Assembly: GCA_017623255.1 (NCBI GenBank)
Contig: JAGAPL010000076.1
Coordinates: forward strand, 3,252-67,251
Direction of reading: 5' to 3'
Source of the DNA: Clostridia bacterium
GTDB taxonomy: Bacteria > Bacillota > Clostridia > Oscillospirales > CAG-272
DNA length: 64,000 nt
Shown: piece by piece, positions 15,707 through 24,306 of the stretch
How the letters are laid out: each line of letters starts with the position of its first letter
Numbering within the stretch: position 1 is the stretch's first letter
Position numbers and translations under genes: made by a program
The notes under the pieces: model-generated
Told to the model about the DNA's origin: nothing
What the model saw: only the letters and a program-made list of their open reading frames with translations
Databases searched by the model: none

Positions 15707-17776
15707 ATGGAAAAGATGGACCCCAAGTACGAAGCCCTGTTTACTCCTTGGAAAATAGGCAACGTAGAGATCAAAAACAGAATAGTTATGTGTCCTATGG
15801 GAGGAACCTCACTTTTTGGCTGGTTTGAGTTGGGCGGTTGTCATTTTGACCGCGAAGCTGCTAAGTTGTTTATTGAAAGAGCGAACAACAACGTTGGACT
15901 TATTATTCCCGGAATCGCACCCCTGCGTGATACGTTCTGGGGTAAATGGCTTTGGCAGAACCCCAAAATGTTTGAGGAACTTAAAGAGTTTATGGATGAG
16001 ATCCATAAGACAGGCGCAAAGCTGTTCGTTCAGCTCACAGCAGGTATGGGTCGCTCATGGGCTATCACCGAGCTTGTGGCGCCGCTTCATAAAAATAAAT
16101 TTACACGTGCAATTATAAAGCCTATTATTGATACATCACATGAATTGGCTTCACCCAGCCCTCAGCCTTCCCGTTGGGCGCACGATATCCAGTGCCCTGA
16201 GATGACAGTTGAGCAGATTCATGAAATTATCGAAGCATTTGCAAAAACAGCTAAGCTTTGCCGCGATGCAGGTGTAGACGGTGTTGAAGTTCATGCGGTT
16301 CACGAAGGTTATCTTCTTGACCAGTTTGCAATAGAGTTCTTCAATAAGCGAACTGACGAATATGGCGGAAGCTTTGAAAACCGCTATCGTTTTGCAGCCG
16401 AAGTAGTTCGTGCTATTAAAGAAGCTTGTGGTGAAGATTATCCTGTTTCTCTGCGTTATTCTGTTGAGTCCAAAATGAAGGGCTTCTGCGAGGGTGCAAT
16501 GCCCGGTGAGGAATACACAGAAGTGGGCAGAAATATGGAAGAATCTGAAAAGGCTGCTAAATATCTGCAGGATGCAGGATACGATATGCTCAACGCAGAT
16601 AACGGTACATACGATTCATGGTATTGGGCTCATCCCCCTATGTATATGCCTGAAAACTGTAACCTTGACGATGTGGCTCATATCAAGCAGTTCGTTGATA
16701 TTCCCGTAGTATGTGCAGGTAGAATGGACGCAGAGGTTGGCGCTAAAGCCGTTGCAGACGGCAGAATTGACGCGGTTGGTGTAGCTAGACAGTTCCTTGT
16801 TGACCCCCAGTGGATCACTAAGATGATCGAGGACAGACTTGAAGATATCAAGCCCTGTATCTGCTGCCATTCAGGCTGCTTCAATTTCTCATCTTCTAAG
16901 GGACATGCTAATACTCAGGATCTTACCGACACTATGGGACTTGCGCGTTGCGCGCTTAATCCTGAAACAATGCAGTCCAAGAAGTATAAGATAACACCTG
17001 CTAAAAAGCAGAAGAATATTGCAGTTATCGGCGGCGGTATCGGTGGTATGGAAGCTGCTATCGTTTGCGCAAAGCGCGGACATAATGTAACTCTTTATGA
17101 AAAGAGCGGTAAGCTTGGCGGCGTGTTTATAGCAGCAGCAGCTCCTTCCTTTAAAGAAAAGGACAGAGCGCTCATTGCTTGGTATATCCGTGAGGTTGCA
17201 AAGCATCCTATCACAGTTAAGATGAACACAGAAATCAAGGATATTAAAGAGCTTGATGCAGATGAGATCATCATTGCAACAGGCGCGGTTGCTAAGAAAA
17301 TACCCGTTAAGGGCGCAGAAGGAGCAATTGAAGCAGTTGATTATCTGCTCGGTAATGCTCAGGTTGGCGAAAACGTAACTGTTATCGGCGGCGGACTCAC
17401 AGGTTGCGAAATTGCTTATGATCTTTATCTCCAGGGCAAAAAGCCTACTATCGTTGAGATGCAGGATGACCTTGTAACAACTCCCGGTATCTGCCTTGCA
17501 AACACAAGCTATCTCCGTGATTTCTTCAAAACAAATAAAGTGCCCGTTCATCTTGAAACAAAGCTTTCAGAAATCACAGACAGTGGTGTCAAGTTGGTAG
17601 ATAAGGACGGAAAAGCATTTGAAATTGCAGCAGATTCAGTTATTATGTCTGTTGGATATAACCCCGCTCCTGTTGCACCCAAGCAGAAGCATGTTCACGT
17701 TATCGGTGATGCTGATAAGGTTGGTAACCTCAGAACAGTTATCTGGGGAGCTTGGGACGTTGCTATGAAACTTTGA
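15707..17776 (+). CDS. 2-enoate reductase / 2,4-dienoyl-CoA reductase family flavoenzyme (OYE-type FMN barrel + Fe-S + FAD/NAD(P) domain)
   Basis: The protein has KNRIVMCPMGG and VEVHAVHEGYLLDQFAIEFFNKRTDEYGGSFENRYRF (an OYE barrel). It also has CICCHSGC...C (Fe-S motif) and the dinucleotide folds IAVIGGGIGGME and VTVIGGGLTGCE. It is 689 aa long. Confidence 0.8.
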   Translation: MEKMDPKYEALFTPWKIGNVEIKNRIVMCPMGGTSLFGWFELGGCHFDREAAKLFIERANNNVGLIIPGIAPLRDTFWGKWLWQNPKMFEELKEFMDEIHKTGAKLFVQLTAGMGRSWAITELVAPLHKNKFTRAIIKPIIDTSHELASPSPQPSRWAHDIQCPEMTVEQIHEIIEAFAKTAKLCRDAGVDGVEVHAVHEGYLLDQFAIEFFNKRTDEYGGSFENRYRFAAEVVRAIKEACGEDYPVSLRYSVESKMKGFCEGAMPGEEYTEVGRNMEESEKAAKYLQDAGYDMLNADNGTYDSWYWAHPPMYMPENCNLDDVAHIKQFVDIPVVCAGRMDAEVGAKAVADGRIDAVGVARQFLVDPQWITKMIEDRLEDIKPCICCHSGCFNFSSSKGHANTQDLTDTMGLARCALNPETMQSKKYKITPAKKQKNIAVIGGGIGGMEAAIVCAKRGHNVTLYEKSGKLGGVFIAAAAPSFKEKDRALIAWYIREVAKHPITVKMNTEIKDIKELDADEIIIATGAVAKKIPVKGAEGAIEAVDYLLGNAQVGENVTVIGGGLTGCEIAYDLYLQGKKPTIVEMQDDLVTTPGICLANTSYLRDFFKTNKVPVHLETKLSEITDSGVKLVDKDGKAFEIAADSVIMSVGYNPAPVAPKQKHVHVIGDADKVGNLRTVIWGAWDVAMKL

Positions 17777-17794
17777 TGAAAGGACTTTAATAAA

Positions 17795-19078
17795 ATGGCT
17801 ATGATCTTAAATGATGAACAGCAGGCGATACTTAACGGCTCCAAAGGCGAAACAATGGCAAAGGTTATGAAAACTCTTGTTATGTATGGCGAAACCTTTG
17901 GTGCAGAGCGCCTTGTTCCCGTAACAAGCAAATATAATCATCTTGTAACATCATTCGGACTCAAGGTAATGAGCCCCGTGTATGACCTTATGGCGCAGAT
18001 CCTGGACGCAGGCGTGTCCTCTTCACAGAAATTCTCTGTGGACCCCCGTCCTCTTGATAAGAACGTTCCTGCAAACTTCCTTCAGAATCTTGTTTTCAAT
18101 AAGTTTATGTATACAAAGCAGGATTTCTATGAAGGACAGCTTGAAAAGCTTGGCCTTATGAACGAAGATGCATTCTCTTGCACTTGCTATATGGACGAAG
18201 TTGGAAATAAGCCTCAGAAGGGTGAGATACTCAGCTGGGCTGAATCCTCAGCAGTAGTTTATGCAAACTCCGTTCTTGGAGCAAGATGTAACCGCAACTC
18301 AGGTATTATCGACCTGATGGGTTCTATCGTTGGTTATGTTCCCGAGTTTGGTCTTCTCACAGATGAAGGAAGAAAAGCAACATGGGTTGTTAAGATTGAA
18401 ACAACCAAAAAGCCTGAGGCTCAGCTCCTCGGCTCTGCCATCGGTATGAAGGTTATGGAAGACGTTCCTTATGTTGTTGGCCTTGATAAGTGGATAGGTA
18501 ATGAGCTTGATGACAGCGCTTGCACATATCTTAAGGATTTCGGCGCAGCAACAGCTTCAAACGGCGCAGTAGGTCTTTATCATATAGCAAACCTCACACC
18601 TGAAGCAGTAGAGCTTGGCGAAAGCCTTATAGCTGAAGGCGCAAAGGAATACGTTGTAACAGATGCCGAGCTTGAAAGAGTAAAGAATGAGTACCCTGTA
18701 ATCTGGAAGAATAAGGACGCAACTCCCAAGCTTTGCTTTATGGGATGCCCCCATATGTCTCTCCAGCAGCTTAAGGATTGGACAGATAAGGTTGAAGCAG
18801 GTCTCAAGGAAGCAGGCAACAAAAAGGTTCTTATTCCCACAGTATTCACAGCAGCACCCGGAGTGCTTAAAGAGTTTGAAAAAACACCCTATGCAGCAAG
18901 ACTTAAGGCAACAGGTGTTATCACATCATATATTTGTCCCCTTATGTATATGAACAATCCTCTTTGCAAGAAGATGCCCGTTATAACATCTTCCAATAAG
19001 CTTCGTACATATACAACAGCACGTTATTATACAGATGATGAAATTCTTATGCAGATCACAAAAGGAGGTAAAAACTGA
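17795..19078 (+). CDS. aconitase X, catalytic (large) subunit (DUF521)
   Basis: The N-terminus MILNDEQQAILNGSKGETMAKVMKTLVMYGETFGAERLVPV and the 427-aa size match the DUF521/AcnX catalytic domain. Confidence 0.75.
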   Translation: MAMILNDEQQAILNGSKGETMAKVMKTLVMYGETFGAERLVPVTSKYNHLVTSFGLKVMSPVYDLMAQILDAGVSSSQKFSVDPRPLDKNVPANFLQNLVFNKFMYTKQDFYEGQLEKLGLMNEDAFSCTCYMDEVGNKPQKGEILSWAESSAVVYANSVLGARCNRNSGIIDLMGSIVGYVPEFGLLTDEGRKATWVVKIETTKKPEAQLLGSAIGMKVMEDVPYVVGLDKWIGNELDDSACTYLKDFGAATASNGAVGLYHIANLTPEAVELGESLIAEGAKEYVVTDAELERVKNEYPVIWKNKDATPKLCFMGCPHMSLQQLKDWTDKVEAGLKEAGNKKVLIPTVFTAAPGVLKEFEKTPYAARLKATGVITSYICPLMYMNNPLCKKMPVITSSNKLRTYTTARYYTDDEILMQITKGGKN

Positions 19079-19521
19079 TGAAAACATTTCAGGGAAGAGT
19101 AGTAGCACCCGGACAGGTAACAGCAAAAGCGCTTGTATCTCACGGTGGTCTTAACACACTTGCATCCTTCCAGAATGCGCTCCAGTTTGGAGATAAGCAG
19201 GCAAAATGCGGAGATCAGAATAACCCCGATCTGTATGGAAAGCCTATGGTAGGCACAGCACTTTGCCTCCCTCAGACAATCGGCTCAACAACAGGCGGTC
19301 TCGTGCTTTATTGCGCGGCTGCTATGGGCCGTCAGCCTGCATGTATGCTTTTCTCAAAGCCTATCGACTCTCTTGCAGCAGCAGGTGCCATCCTTGCTGA
19401 TGTTTGGGTAGATAGTGTAACAATGCCCGTTGTAGATAGCCTTGGTGAAGAATTCCTTGATTATGTTAAGGACGGAATGACAATCACAGTTAAAGAAAAC
19501 GGCATTGTTGAAGTAGACTAA
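19078..19521 (+). CDS. aconitase X, swivel (small) subunit (DUF126)
   Basis: MKTFQGRVVAPGQVTAKALVSHGGLNTLASF is a typical DUF126 start. Its ATG shares one nucleotide with the upstream TGA (tgatg at 19076-19080), and AAAGGAGG lies upstream. Confidence 0.75.
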   Translation: MKTFQGRVVAPGQVTAKALVSHGGLNTLASFQNALQFGDKQAKCGDQNNPDLYGKPMVGTALCLPQTIGSTTGGLVLYCAAAMGRQPACMLFSKPIDSLAAAGAILADVWVDSVTMPVVDSLGEEFLDYVKDGMTITVKENGIVEVD

Positions 19522-19537
19522 ATCAAATCTCCATAAT

Positions 19538-19590
19538 AAAAAGCACGCTCATTGAACCAATTTGGTACGGAGTGTGCTTTTTGTTTGTAT
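19538..19590. terminator. bidirectional terminator between the AcnX operon and ispE
   Basis: The stem pairs aaagcacgctc (19540-19550) with gagtgtgcttt (19570-19580), with an inner accaa/ttggt pairing. It is flanked by an A-run and a T-run. Confidence 0.75.
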
Positions 19591-19596
19591 TGTTTT

Positions 19597-20460
19597 TTAT
19601 CTTGCCGTGCAAACAAAGCTTTTTGCGCCCATATCGTAGAGATAGTGGTGAGCGTAGTCTGCCTTTTCCGTGTCATCAAAGATGCCGAAAACAGCAGGTC
19701 CACTACCGCTCATAAGAGAGGTAAGCGCGCCGTAGTCAAGGAGCTTTCCTCGATAAAGGGATGCTTCTTTGTGTTCTCCAAGGATAACACTTTCAAACGT
19801 GTTGAAAACGGAGAGGGAAAGCGCGCTGAGATCGTCCATTTCAATTGCGGAAATAACTCTCTGGATATCAGAGAAGGGACGCGCCAGCATTTCTCCGAAA
19901 TTCTCGTCAAGCTTTCTGTAAGCGGCAGGAGTTGAAACGCCTTCACCGCCTCTTGCAATAACAACAGTGAAGGGGGTCATAGGCTCTATCTTAGTCATTA
20001 TTTCACCAACACCGCGGCAAAGAGCGCATCCGCCTTCCATACAGAAAGGAACGTCAGCTCCAAGCTTTGCGCCAAGCATAAGAAGCTCTTCTTTTGTAAG
20101 CGGCTTGTCGTAAAGCTGGTTGAGCGCTTTAAGCGTCGCACCTGCATCCGTACTTCCGCCTGCGAGACCGCTTGAAACGGGAATACGCTTTTCTATGTGT
20201 ATCTTTGCCCCACCTTTAATTCCTGTGTGGTCATAAAAAAGGCGAGCTGCTTTGTGAGCAAGATTTTTTTCATCAAGAGGAACCGTGTCTTCGCTTGCAC
20301 TGAGTGTGATGCCTTCATTTTGAAGAGTAACGTCTACAATGTCACAAAGAGAAACGGATTGCATAATGCTTTCGATTTCGTGATATCCGTCAGGGCGTTT
20401 GCCCAGAACGTCAAGATAAAGATTGATTTTTGCAGGGGCTTCAAGAGTTATATTGTTCAT
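19597..20460 (-). CDS. ispE: 4-(cytidine 5'-diphospho)-2-C-methyl-D-erythritol kinase
   Basis: It has the N-terminus APAKINLYLDVLGKRPDGYHEIESIMQ and the GHMP kinase motif PVSSGLAGGSTDA. Confidence 0.9.
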   Translation of the reverse strand: MNNITLEAPAKINLYLDVLGKRPDGYHEIESIMQSVSLCDIVDVTLQNEGITLSASEDTVPLDEKNLAHKAARLFYDHTGIKGGAKIHIEKRIPVSSGLAGGSTDAGATLKALNQLYDKPLTKEELLMLGAKLGADVPFCMEGGCALCRGVGEIMTKIEPMTPFTVVIARGGEGVSTPAAYRKLDENFGEMLARPFSDIQRVISAIEMDDLSALSLSVFNTFESVILGEHKEASLYRGKLLDYGALTSLMSGSGPAVFGIFDDTEKADYAHHYLYDMGAKSFVCTAR

Positions 20461-20461
20461 A

Positions 20462-21619
20462 TCAGTGCACCAACCTAATCAGGAAATTTTGTTTAACGTC
20501 AACTGCAACAAGAGGGCAAAGCTCCTGACAGCAATAACAAAGAATACATTTGTTTCTGTTAATTTTAGCTTGCTTTTTACCATTTTTCTCTACAAGTTCA
20601 ATGGTGTGCATAGGGCAGGAGCGAACACATTCTCCGCAGCCTACGCACTTATTCTTGTTTATATAAGGCTTAGGACTGAAATAGTTTGCCAATTTGCCGT
20701 CAAAAAGATTGGGCAGCTGATTTAAAAATGTTTTTCTCTGTGCATCAGGTGCCATAACATCACTTATAACAAGATCATCAATCTTATCGCCAACAATTTC
20801 CAACTGGTCGGCTGAAGCAGGACAAAGTCCTCTTTCTTTTGCCAAAGTAACCATAGGGGCTGTTCCTTCGAAACCAAGGATTTTTTCTGCCGCAAGGTCA
20901 AGACAATAAGGTGAAAGAGAAGTGAGCACAACATCGAATTTTCTTGGGGTGCCGCCTGTAGGTCCGTTGCCTTCCATGCCGAGGATGCCGTCACAAACGT
21001 TGATAAGCGTCTTTGATTTTCTCAGCATTTCTGAAAGATCGCAAAGCATACTGCGAAAATCCTTTTGATCGCTGTAAGCTGCGTGCATTTCAAATTTTTC
21101 AACACCGGGCACAACGCCGAAATAGTTCTTCTGTGCGCAGGAAATTTTTGTGAGTGAGTGGGTTTTCAGCTTGCAAACGTTCAGAATAACATCAGCTTCT
21201 GCAATAGGTGATATAACGTTAAAGCGCTTGCAGGTAACTCCTTCGGGAAACATCATTATTTGAGCATCTGTGGAATAATTGAGGGAGGCTCCGCAGCTTT
21301 CGTCAATGCCGCAAACTGAGTAGTGGTTTTTGATTGTGGCAGTCGTGTAAGGTCCGCCCGCGCTTTCTGCCACAATAAGAGTAGTGTTTTCTGCTCCGAA
21401 CATCTTTAAAGCGGCTATTGCGCTTTGCAGAAAAACAGGATGGGTTGTTGCAGCAGCTTCCGGCTTTTTGGAGATAACAAGATTTGGTTTGATTGCTATT
21501 TTCTTGTTCTCAAGCATATCGCGGGTAACACCTGCAGCCAGCATCTGTTTATAGAGCAGTTCGGTCAGATTTTCATCGTATTTTGTGTATTTGTTAATTG
21601 CAACAGTGTAGTTTTTCAA
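20462..21619 (-). CDS. DUF362 domain protein with C-terminal 2x[4Fe-4S] ferredoxin domain
   Basis: The core IAIKPNLV...THP is typical of DUF362. The C-terminus has CVGCGECVRSCP and CILCYCCQELCP. The start is TTG at 21619 after GAGGT, and the stop lies 1 nt before the ispE start. Confidence 0.7.
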   Translation of the reverse strand: MKNYTVAINKYTKYDENLTELLYKQMLAAGVTRDMLENKKIAIKPNLVISKKPEAAATTHPVFLQSAIAALKMFGAENTTLIVAESAGGPYTTATIKNHYSVCGIDESCGASLNYSTDAQIMMFPEGVTCKRFNVISPIAEADVILNVCKLKTHSLTKISCAQKNYFGVVPGVEKFEMHAAYSDQKDFRSMLCDLSEMLRKSKTLINVCDGILGMEGNGPTGGTPRKFDVVLTSLSPYCLDLAAEKILGFEGTAPMVTLAKERGLCPASADQLEIVGDKIDDLVISDVMAPDAQRKTFLNQLPNLFDGKLANYFSPKPYINKNKCVGCGECVRSCPMHTIELVEKNGKKQAKINRNKCILCYCCQELCPLVAVDVKQNFLIRLVH

Positions 21620-21639
21620 ATTGATACCTCGTTGGGTTT

Positions 21640-21715
21640 GTAGGGCGGCTTGCTCTCAAGCCGCTGTTATAGATATGATCCAAACAAGCGACGGCTTGAG
21701 GGCAAGCCGCCCTAC
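21640..21715. repeat. nested palindromic element (24-bp stem; each arm is itself a 7-bp hairpin)
   Basis: Positions 21640-21663 (gtagggcggcttgctctcaagccg) pair with 21692-21715 (cggcttgagggcaagccgccctac), with one G-T position. Each arm contains cggcttg-N4-caagccg. No T-tract follows on the transcribed (minus) strand. Confidence 0.8.
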
Positions 21716-21727
21716 GATTATTTTTAT

Positions 21728-23263
21728 TCAGTCTTCAACAACGTAGTGAGCACCGATGCTTTCTTTTCTTGCAATTGCTGCTTCAAAAACGAGCTCGGCT
21801 GTCACAGTCATATTGCAAACCTCATAAGCTTCCTTGCAGTTAAGCTCAATACTGTCATATTTAGCCTTAAGGATGCGAATAATATCAAGACCTTTCTTAA
21901 GTCCTGAGGGTTTGCGGACAGCATTAGCGTAGTCAGTCATTGCTTTGCGGATAGTGTTGCAGTCAAGTCCGATCTCAGCAGTGGTTGAAATGCTGTGATA
22001 ATCTTTATGTTCAATTGTGGGCAGGTCAAGCTGAGCGCGCTTTGCAGCGTTGATATGTCGTGCGGCGCGTCGACCGAAAACGAGGCATTCAAGCACAGAA
22101 TTGCTGGCAAGTCTGTTAGCTCCGTGAATACCGGTGCAAGCAGCTTCTCCGCAACTGTAAAGACCTTCAACATTGGTCATGCCGTCAAGGTCGGTTTTGA
22201 TTCCGCCCATCATATAGTGTTGAGCGGGACGAACAGGAATGCTTTGCTCGGGAACGTTGATTCCTGCTTTTCTGCATTCTTCAAAAATAGTGGGGAATCG
22301 CTTTGAAAAGAATTCCTCGCTCATGGAAGAAACGTCAAGAAAAGCATTTGTTTCGTTTCTGCGAGTGATCTCATTGAGAATGTGGCGTGTAACAATATCT
22401 CTGGGAGCAAGATCCTTGAGCTTGTGCTTATCTGCCATAAAAGCCTCTCCGTCAGCGTTGCGGAGTATGCCGCCTTCGCCGCGAACTGCTTCGGATATAA
22501 GGAAAAGTCTGTCGCTGGACTTAGGTGAATAAAGGGTGGTTGGATGGAACTGAACCATTTCCATATTCTCAGCTTTTGCTCCTGCGCGAACTGCACAAGC
22601 AAGGCCGTCACCTACAGCACCGTTGGGGTTGGTGGTATATTTATAAAGATATCCGATTCCGCCTGTTGCGAGGATAATAGAAGGAGCTTTGAGAACTTCG
22701 GTTTTTTCTCCGCGGACTATAGCGCCGCAAACCTTGTCGTCATTTGTGAGGATATCAATAAGATATGTGTTGAAGAAAATATCAATGTTTTCTTTGGTCA
22801 TCGCGATCTGTCCAAGGCGCTTGGTCGTTTCGCGTCCCGTTGCATCGCCACCGCAATGAACTATACGGCGGCATGAGTGTCCGCCCTCGCGTGTTATCTG
22901 GAGCTCACCTTCAGGATTTGTATCAAAGGGAACGTTGAGCATACAAAGCTCGCCTATATTTTCGGGTCCCTCTTCAACGAGAACGCGAACTGCTTCCTCG
23001 TCGCAAAGGCCTGCGCCTGCTGTGAGAGTGTCTTCAACGTGAGAATCAAAATTGTCCGTGGGTGAAATAACAGCCGCTATTCCTCCCTGCGCGTAGTATG
23101 AGCTGCCTGATGTAAGGTCAACTTTTGTAACTAGGGCAACCTTAAGAGCAGGATCAATGTGAAGAGCAGAGTAAAGTCCTGCTATTCCACTGCCGATAAT
23201 AACAACGTCGTATTCCTTCTTGGGAAGAAGTGAAAGATCTCCATTGAATAAATATCTACGCAT
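21728..23263 (-). CDS. nadB: L-aspartate oxidase
   Basis: It has YDVVIIGSGIAGLYSAL, the flavoprotein motifs typical of the succinate dehydrogenase/fumarate reductase family, and a 511-aa length. It sits next to nadC. Confidence 0.9.
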   Translation of the reverse strand: MRRYLFNGDLSLLPKKEYDVVIIGSGIAGLYSALHIDPALKVALVTKVDLTSGSSYYAQGGIAAVISPTDNFDSHVEDTLTAGAGLCDEEAVRVLVEEGPENIGELCMLNVPFDTNPEGELQITREGGHSCRRIVHCGGDATGRETTKRLGQIAMTKENIDIFFNTYLIDILTNDDKVCGAIVRGEKTEVLKAPSIILATGGIGYLYKYTTNPNGAVGDGLACAVRAGAKAENMEMVQFHPTTLYSPKSSDRLFLISEAVRGEGGILRNADGEAFMADKHKLKDLAPRDIVTRHILNEITRRNETNAFLDVSSMSEEFFSKRFPTIFEECRKAGINVPEQSIPVRPAQHYMMGGIKTDLDGMTNVEGLYSCGEAACTGIHGANRLASNSVLECLVFGRRAARHINAAKRAQLDLPTIEHKDYHSISTTAEIGLDCNTIRKAMTDYANAVRKPSGLKKGLDIIRILKAKYDSIELNCKEAYEVCNMTVTAELVFEAAIARKESIGAHYVVED

Positions 23264-23289
23264 TAAAAATCAAGTCCCTTCCAAATAGC

Positions 23290-24135
23290 TTAAATAAGCT
23301 TGAATTTCAAACTGATGTCAAGAGCCTTAACTGAATGAGTGAGAGCTCCTATGCTTATAAAATCAACTCCTGTTGAAGCAACTTCATAAAGATCGCGCTC
23401 GCCCATGTTGCCGGAAGCCTCTGTTATAGCTCTGCCGCCTACGATCTCTACAGCCTTTGCCATATCTTCGCAGCTCATATTGTCAAGCATAATGATATCA
23501 GCGCCGGCATCAAGCGCCTCGCGCAGCATGTCAAAGTCTTCAACCTCAACTTCGATCTTAACTGTGTGAGGAACTCTTTTCTTTGCAGCGGAAACAGCGT
23601 TTGTTATAGAACCTGCTGCAACGATATGGTTGTCTTTAATGAGAACGCCGTCAGAGAGATTGAAACGATGGTTCGTACCGCCGCCGCAACGAACAGCGTA
23701 TTTCTCAAGATATCTGAGACCGAGAGTTGTTTTTCTTGTGTCAACTATTTTTGCATTAGTGCCTTCAACCTTTTTAACAGCTTCATTGGTCATGGTTGCT
23801 ATAGAGGACATATGCTGCAAAAGGTTAAGACCAACTCGCTCTCCTGTGAGAACACAGTGAGCATTTCCCGTAACTTCGGCGAGAATATCGCCTTTTTTAA
23901 AATGTTCTCCTTCGGGAACATTGATCTTCAATTCAATTGAGGGATCCAGAAGATCAAAAACTGCACGAACAATATCCCAACCGCAGATAACGCCGTCTTC
24001 TTTAGCGATATATCTGCCGTAGGCTGTAGCAGTTGCGGGAACTGTGGATTCAGTTGTGATGTCGCCGTTGCCTGCATCTTCAGTAAGAGCTGTACGAAGC
24101 AGGGCGTCAACTGCGGGAACAGAAGTTATTTTCAT
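23290..24135 (-). CDS. nadC: nicotinate-nucleotide diphosphorylase (carboxylating)
   Basis: The 281-aa protein has the ERVGLNLLQHMSSIATMT, DTRKTTLGLR and MLDNM motifs of QPRTase. Confidence 0.9.
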   Translation of the reverse strand: MKITSVPAVDALLRTALTEDAGNGDITTESTVPATATAYGRYIAKEDGVICGWDIVRAVFDLLDPSIELKINVPEGEHFKKGDILAEVTGNAHCVLTGERVGLNLLQHMSSIATMTNEAVKKVEGTNAKIVDTRKTTLGLRYLEKYAVRCGGGTNHRFNLSDGVLIKDNHIVAAGSITNAVSAAKKRVPHTVKIEVEVEDFDMLREALDAGADIIMLDNMSCEDMAKAVEIVGGRAITEASGNMGERDLYEVASTGVDFISIGALTHSVKALDISLKFKLI

Positions 24136-24176
24136 AGTATTTGACCTACCTTCATAAATTTAATAATACTGAGTTA

Positions 24177-24205
24177 AGTATATCACATAACACAGTTCTA
24201 TGCAA
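24177..24205 (-). promoter_or_regulatory. sigma-A promoter of nadC-nadB
   Basis: On the minus strand: TTGCAT (24205-24200), a 17-nt spacer, then TATACT (24182-24177). Confidence 0.45.
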
Positions 24206-24306
24206 TAAAATTTACAAAAATATAATACTAAAAATCCATATTCTGATTGACTTTGTGATATATTCGTCATAAAATAGGTAAAGATAAGACGAAGGGAGCA
24301 TTGGTA

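Noticed and set aside
16889-17551. Long antisense ORFs inside well-supported genes. This one is 220 aa; similar cases are 32519-33169, 52965-53663, 29612-30310, 28576-29136, 59151-59705, 30356-30859 and 26083-26505.
   Set aside because: Each overlaps a gene with strong family signatures on the other strand (reductase, folD, the Sua5-type synthase, argS, prs, feoB, polA). They lack RBSs and have skewed, Cys/Phe/Ile-rich composition. I treat them as non-coding.
15245-17776. MarR plus an OYE-family reductase as a bilirubin-reductase (bilQ/bilR-like) locus.
   Set aside because: The active-site stretch reads HAVHEGYLLDQF, as in clostridial 2-enoate reductases. I did not find the His-Gly-Asp-Arg-type signature that I recall (from memory only) for BilR. 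The downstream partners are AcnX subunits rather than a flavodoxin-like BilS. A profile or phylogenetic check would settle it.
20462-21619. The DUF362-ferredoxin protein as a non-orthologous replacement for the missing quinolinate synthase NadA.
   Set aside because: This rests on position only. It shows no resemblance to NadA motifs, nadA may simply lie outside the window, and the gene is more tightly linked to ispE than to nadB.
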